A stretch of DNA of 63,840 nucleotides, the filler included, from Pelomyxa schiedti (lineage: Eukaryota > Protista > Evosea): the NCBI GenBank assembly GCA_020536535.1. It is 8 parts of 8 records of this genome, joined end to end, with 100 filler letters (N's around TTAATTAATTAA, not from the genome) between each part and the next. Parts side by side here need not be neighbours in the genome. Positions count along the whole stretch, not along the records: positions 58,245 to 59,673 come from JAHLWZ010002511.1; positions 59,774 to 61,316 come from JAHLWZ010002433.1; positions 61,417 to 63,840 come from JAHLWZ010001995.1; 5 more parts are not named here. One strand, written 5' to 3'. Each line of letters opens with the position of its first letter. The stretch's first letter is position 1. The translations under genes were made by a program, and so were the position numbers. Shown here piece after piece: positions 59,069 through 63,840 of the stretch. The notes under the pieces are model-generated. The model was not told where the DNA came from and did no database searches. It worked only from the letters and a program-made list of their open reading frames with translations.

Positions 59069-59673
59069 TTACGTTCTATTTTTGAGCCTGCTGAGCCAAA
59101 TTGCAAGCTCTGGTTGTTCTCTCTCGGTGTGGTAGTGTGGTAGTGTGTCACAGTATTCGCGGACCTGTTCCATTGTGATTCCACACTCGCGGATTGTGAA
59201 GAGTGCAATGTGGGGCGACTGTGCAACAATGGGCATCAGGTACGTGTGTATCACGGCTGTGTCAATGCCAGTTGAGTATCTCGTCAGTAAGACTTGCCAA
59301 CCTGCAAGCTCGATTTGGCCCAGTTCGTCCAGATCACCTGGGTGCTGCAATCGGTAGACCATCTTGATAACCTGTTGACACTTATGTTAGACGAATCAAT
59401 TGGTGCAGCAGATTGAAAAGGGGCCTACATCAGTGAGAGGAATGTCAAAGTGGTTAAGAAGCCACTCTGCACACCTGTTCTTTCCTGAGCATAATAACTT
59501 GAGCAAGAGTGCATTCTGGTGGAACTTGATGTGGGTGTACTGCAGGTTGAATTTGCAAATCACCCACTTCACAGCTTTGCTTGAGAGTGGCTCAAAGTAA
59601 GGCGAACTCAAGCACTTGGCAACAAAATCAGAAGTCAACAATGATGAAGAACCAAATGAACTGACAAACTTCT
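59069..59673 (-). CDS. Family 2 protein, C-terminal fragment with one intron
   Basis: SSKAVKWVICKF...KNRCAEWLLNHFDI and IELAGWQVLLTRY parallel SSKTVKWVVSQV...KSHCLIWLMETW of 52676-54905. Confidence 0.7.
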
Positions 59674-60263
59674 NNNNNNNNNNNNNNNNNNNNNNNNNNN
59701 NNNNNNNNNNNNNNNNNTTAATTAATTAANNNNNNNNNNNNNNNNNNNNNNNNNNNNNNNNNNNNNNNNNNNNAACCCCAACTTCCCTTACCCACTCTCC
59801 CCCGCTTTTCCGCTTTCCAACTACCACACTTTACTGTGACGGGTGCACAACCAGGCCCAAATTTCCCTTCTTACTCTCATGTGTACCCCACAACACCCAC
59901 TTCTCAAAATGTGGATTTAAAAAAAGGTGGCACGATTTTTTATCCAAGGACAAAGGGCATAACTTTTTTTTTAATTAAATTAATAATAAACAATTAAAAA
60001 TTAAATTGAAACAAACACGTCCAGAAATAAAACAATTAGATATTAGATGGAACGACGTGATGGAATAGACAACACAAGGCGGGTACCGCTTGTTCCTCTC
60101 ACCCCAGGGCGGCATGGTCTCCCCTCGTAGCAGTGATTTTTTTGATGATAGTGGAGATAAACAAAGAGGCAAGTCACCCTGCCTTGCTCACTAAAAAATT
60201 CTGTTTTTCTCATTTGACTTGCACCCCGGTGTAACCTTTGTTTTTTTCTTCGTTTCAAAAAAA

Positions 60264-61316
60264 ATGCAAGAAAGGAACAGCCTCAGACGACAACGGGCAC
60301 AGCAGGCAACAATAACGAGGACCCAGATCCGCGTCACCTGCCATGACCAGCTCGCAGCTCTCCTCGCGTCTTCGCACCCCCGGTGCGGCGCGGCCAGCCC
60401 CGCCCGCCACGTCGCCTGCGTCTCCCCGCTCATGCGCCACCTGTGGGCCGCCGCAGTCGTCGCCCCGGCCCGCTGGTTCGTCCTGGCCCCCGTTATTTAC
60501 TCCGAGGAGCCGTCCTGGTGCGTGACCTTCGCCGTGTCGCCCACGACCCTCGGCGTGCTCCGCGGCCCACGGGCGGCTCCGTCCAACCCGCTGTCGATGT
60601 GGCTGGGGCCCAGGGCGTGCCTGGCGCTCGAGAGAGGGACCGGCTTCGATGTGAGTTCGATGGCGCTGGGAATGCAAATTACAAGTGGGTGGTGGACTGC
60701 TTTGGAGACCTGGGGACTCTTTCAATCACGCAACTACATGCACCAGGTGGGACCTCAGACGGCGGGGGAGTTGGTGGTGTGGTGGTGGCTGGAACGACTG
60801 TTGCTGTTCAGTTGCCGACTTGGTTTCCAAAACCCTTTGGCAGGGCGGTGCTCAACAAGGTGGACCCTGATGAGGCATTGTTGCAGAGTCGCTCTGATGA
60901 TGGAGACGGTACTGCCTACTTCATCCTCGTGGATGTGCCACTTTCGCACAGCACCCAGAGCCTCCAAGTTCTCAGTGTCACCAAGTCGAACTTTCCCGAG
61001 GGACTGAACTTTGTGTGTGCTCCACTGATCCTGAGAAAGAGCAGTGGTGATCCCGTGTTTGCCACTCACAGCAAGAGGGATGAAATCAATCTCGTCGAAG
61101 CTTCCACGGGAGTGAAATCTCACATTTCCTCAGAATGCACATGGCCAAGCCTGTCACAAGTGAGTGCCTCTGTGTTCTGCACATGGCACTGCAGAACCAA
61201 GTCCTGCAACCTGTGGGACTGCAACAACAGTGCTCAACCTCTGTGGACCGTGAGAAGCACCTCCGAGGGGCTTTGCCTGAAGCACGTTGTTGGGGGCTCT
61301 GGGTTCTTGTTTGCAG
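60264..61316 (+). CDS. Family 1 protein with an apparent 1-nt frameshift near 60650; 3' end in gap
   Basis: HDQLAALLASSHPRCGAASPARH in one frame; NYKWVV, LVDVPLSHSTQSLQVLSVT, LWDCNN and VVGGSGFLF in another. Confidence 0.7.
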
Positions 61317-61416
61317 NNNNNNNNNNNNNNNNNNNNNNNNNNNNNNNNNNNNNNNNNNNNTTAATTAATTAANNNNNNNNNNNNNNNNNNNNNNNNNNNN
61401 NNNNNNNNNNNNNNNN

Positions 61417-62450
61417 CGTTGACTGCAACAGATCGTAACGGCTCCAGTGGTGAACAAACGGAAAACTCGTCACCCTGAGGCCACACCCGTCGTGTGGGTT
61501 GATGAAATCCCAATTGTGGGTCGCTGTACCGCCACGCCGAACAAATTCCAACGCACGTGGTGCTGGCTTTGGTGTTGAGAAGGACATTCTTCGCGGAAAA
61601 ATCAATGTGCATTTCCCCTTGATCGAAATCGACGAGGAGCTCCTCCCCCAAGTACGACGACGACAACGGGGCTGGGTGGTGGCGCTGTTGGCCGCGGCGG
61701 TGTTCCCCCTGCTGCCCCTCGTGTGCTCCCGCGCGCTCACCCTCGCCGACGCCGCCGGCTCGTCGCGCCCTGCATCGCGGCCAACAGGCACAGGCTCCCG
61801 GAACGCGGCGGCGGCGGCGGCGGCGGCGGCTGCGGGATTATTATGGGAGGAGATCTGATGCCCCGGATTTCAGTGATGATGCGGGGATTCTATTGATTCT
61901 GTTACTTTGGATTACTGTGAAGTCGTGGTGAAGGAGGTGACGGCAGTGCTTGTTGGGTTGTGCTGTGGTGGCCACATGAAAGAGGCTTGTGCATTGTTTT
62001 GTGATGATGTGGCTGTGGTGGTGTGGGTGCTGCCTCCTCTGAGTATTCTTCTTCTGCTGCTGTTGTGGGCACATTAGGTGGTGCAGGGTGTGTTATTGGC
62101 ACTGGTGATTGGAGTGCTGATTTTGGCTGTTTAAGTTCGTCAGAGAACGAGACAAAAAGAAGTCAGAGCAGGGAAAGAGTGAGAGCACATCAAGTCATCA
62201 GTGAATGACTTGAAGGCAATAGTGAATGGATGTGGGGGAGTCAATGTGGTGCTGTGAAGTGGTTGCTGTCTGACTTGGAATTGGGTGGGATGAGGCACCA
62301 TATCATGGGAGGATGGAAGCAGTCAACTGGCTTTTGGATGAGTTCGACTTGGGGTAAAATGCCAAAACAACGATTTTGGGTGGGAAGTCACAGTTTGAAA
62401 GTGGTGGGTCACAGTGTACCCACCACTTCCTTGTTATTTTGTCCACAGTT
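61417..62450 (+). pseudogene. Degenerate family 2 copy
   Basis: VALLAAAVFPLLPLVCSRAL, VKEVTAVLVGLCCGGHMKEA, AVKWLLSDLEL and EAVNWLLDEFDL occur in different frames separated by stops. Confidence 0.6.
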
Positions 62451-62999
62451 CTGACACTTTATATATGTGAGGTACCTATCATGAGGCACCACCCTGTTGG
62501 GGTCTGAGCCAAGTGACAGTGGTGTCAGACCATTTGTTGATCAGACCCACAAAAGGTGCTGGGTTTACTATTGGCTGGGAGGGTGTGTTTGCTGCTGTTG
62601 GGCACACCGTGGTGGTTGTCAACCTGACCTGACCTGACTTGACTGCCTGAGAGAAAAAGGGGTCTCACTCAAAAAAAGGGTGTCAAAACCCTCAATCGAA
62701 AATGCAAAACAAACAAAGTGAACCCCCCAAAGCTCAGCAAGGTAGCACAGCAATGTTGCCTTGTCACTCACACCTGACCGTCCTTTGTGCACACAGCACA
62801 GCCCCACCTGCCATCTGTTGTTCCCTCTTTGCATCAGGTCCATGGCTGGTGCTCCTGTTGATACAGAGAAGAAGACAGCTTCCCTTTCTGCTCAACACCC
62901 ATCCACCAAACTGCACCAGTTTTATTTATGCAGCTGCAAAACGAAAAATATAAAAAGAGTGTTTTGATGTCTTTGGTTTTTTGGAACCAGTAATGGTAA

Positions 63000-63840
63000 A
63001 GGGTCATCAAGACACTGTTTGAATGCCAAGAGAGGTCTTACATCAGTCCAACGCTATGATGTGGTTGAAACCACCTGGGGGCAATGCCCATCAGACCACC
63101 AATTTTTTTCCCCTAAGAACACCCTCTTTTTTCTGAAACCAGTATTATGGGTCAATAATGTATCACCAGAACTGTATGTGTGGCGTGTTGTTATTGCCAC
63201 TGGCGAACTACGGTGTTTTCTCAGTGGTGCAAGATAGGGAGAACTATTTGTTGAAAGCAGTTTTTATTTGCTTCCTTTCCATGTGTGGATAGGGATTTAA
63301 CAGCAACAGCGTTATATACTTCATCAGCTTGTCTTTTCAGTAATTAGTGTTGGTATTTGTTGTGAGTTGGATTAAATTCATCAATACACTTCACATGCAC
63401 ATACACCCTCATTTGTAGACTCTCACTGGGAGGGCTGGGGAGAATTAAATAATTAAACCAAATGTATCAGTGCTAACATCGGAAACCGAGGACAGGTTCA
63501 GACCCGGTTATTATATTAATATGTACATAAAACAGTTGGACCTGCTTTCTTGTGGATAGATGCAAGCTGGTAATAGCTCCTTTTGCATTCACATAATAAC
63601 AGGTGAGGGGAATGAAGGGGAAAAAAAAGAATAGCGAACCTAGATCAATGCATACTATTCCTTGACAGAACTGCTTGATACTGTCACAGAGAGCATAAAG
63701 GAAGCTGCTCCGGTTCCCGCTGTGGTGCAGAATTGACCTGTAAATGGTTAGAGAAAACTTCCAGCAAAATTAACCATACAAGATTGTTGTTAGTATTGAT
63801 TGGCGGTGAGGCTTGTACTGCTGAAAGACCCATTGCTCTC
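63000..63840 (-). CDS. Possible 3' exons of an unidentified gene entering from the right edge
   Basis: Short open segments bounded by GT/AG-like sites (e.g. GQFCTTAGTGAASFMLSVTV); no family recognised. Confidence 0.25.

Noticed and set aside
61499-61666. Minus-strand HIDFSAKNVLL resembling a kinase catalytic loop
   Set aside because: No other kinase motifs; the plus strand matches family 2.

Overview
Intron-rich, gene-dense eukaryotic scaffold (most introns about 40-60 nt, GT-AG, some GC-AG). It has nine 100-nt assembly gaps, seven of them carrying a TTAATTAATTAA spacer. Gene content and lineage-specific families suggest an amoebozoan, most likely an archamoeba such as Pelomyxa (inference). 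Conserved genes: HIP1/Sla2, RabGGT-beta, glomulin, a RasGEF, AP-3 delta, 14-3-3, a Ubc7/UBE2G-type E2, a Rab5/21/22-type GTPase, a RUN+Rubicon-homology protein, a divergent actin-like protein, an HSPA12-like Hsp70, and an IST1-filamin-actin fusion. An intronless bacterial-type NADH:flavin oxidoreductase (enoate reductase) sits on the same contigs as spliced genes. Both ends of the window hold clusters of two expanded families that share an N-terminal motif. Highlights: (1) a 2,138-bp TIR-bounded element at 29411-31548, whose empty allele is assembled at 27326-27327 and which carries a tRNA-Lys-like sequence; (2) the IST1-filamin-actin fusion; (3) the adaptor-like superfamily in head-to-head pairs; (4) a protein with four copies of an unrecognised ~70-aa domain; (5) a probable 3-nt microexon; (6) CpG-island-like 5' ends. 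Gene boundaries were spliced by eye and are approximate where stated.
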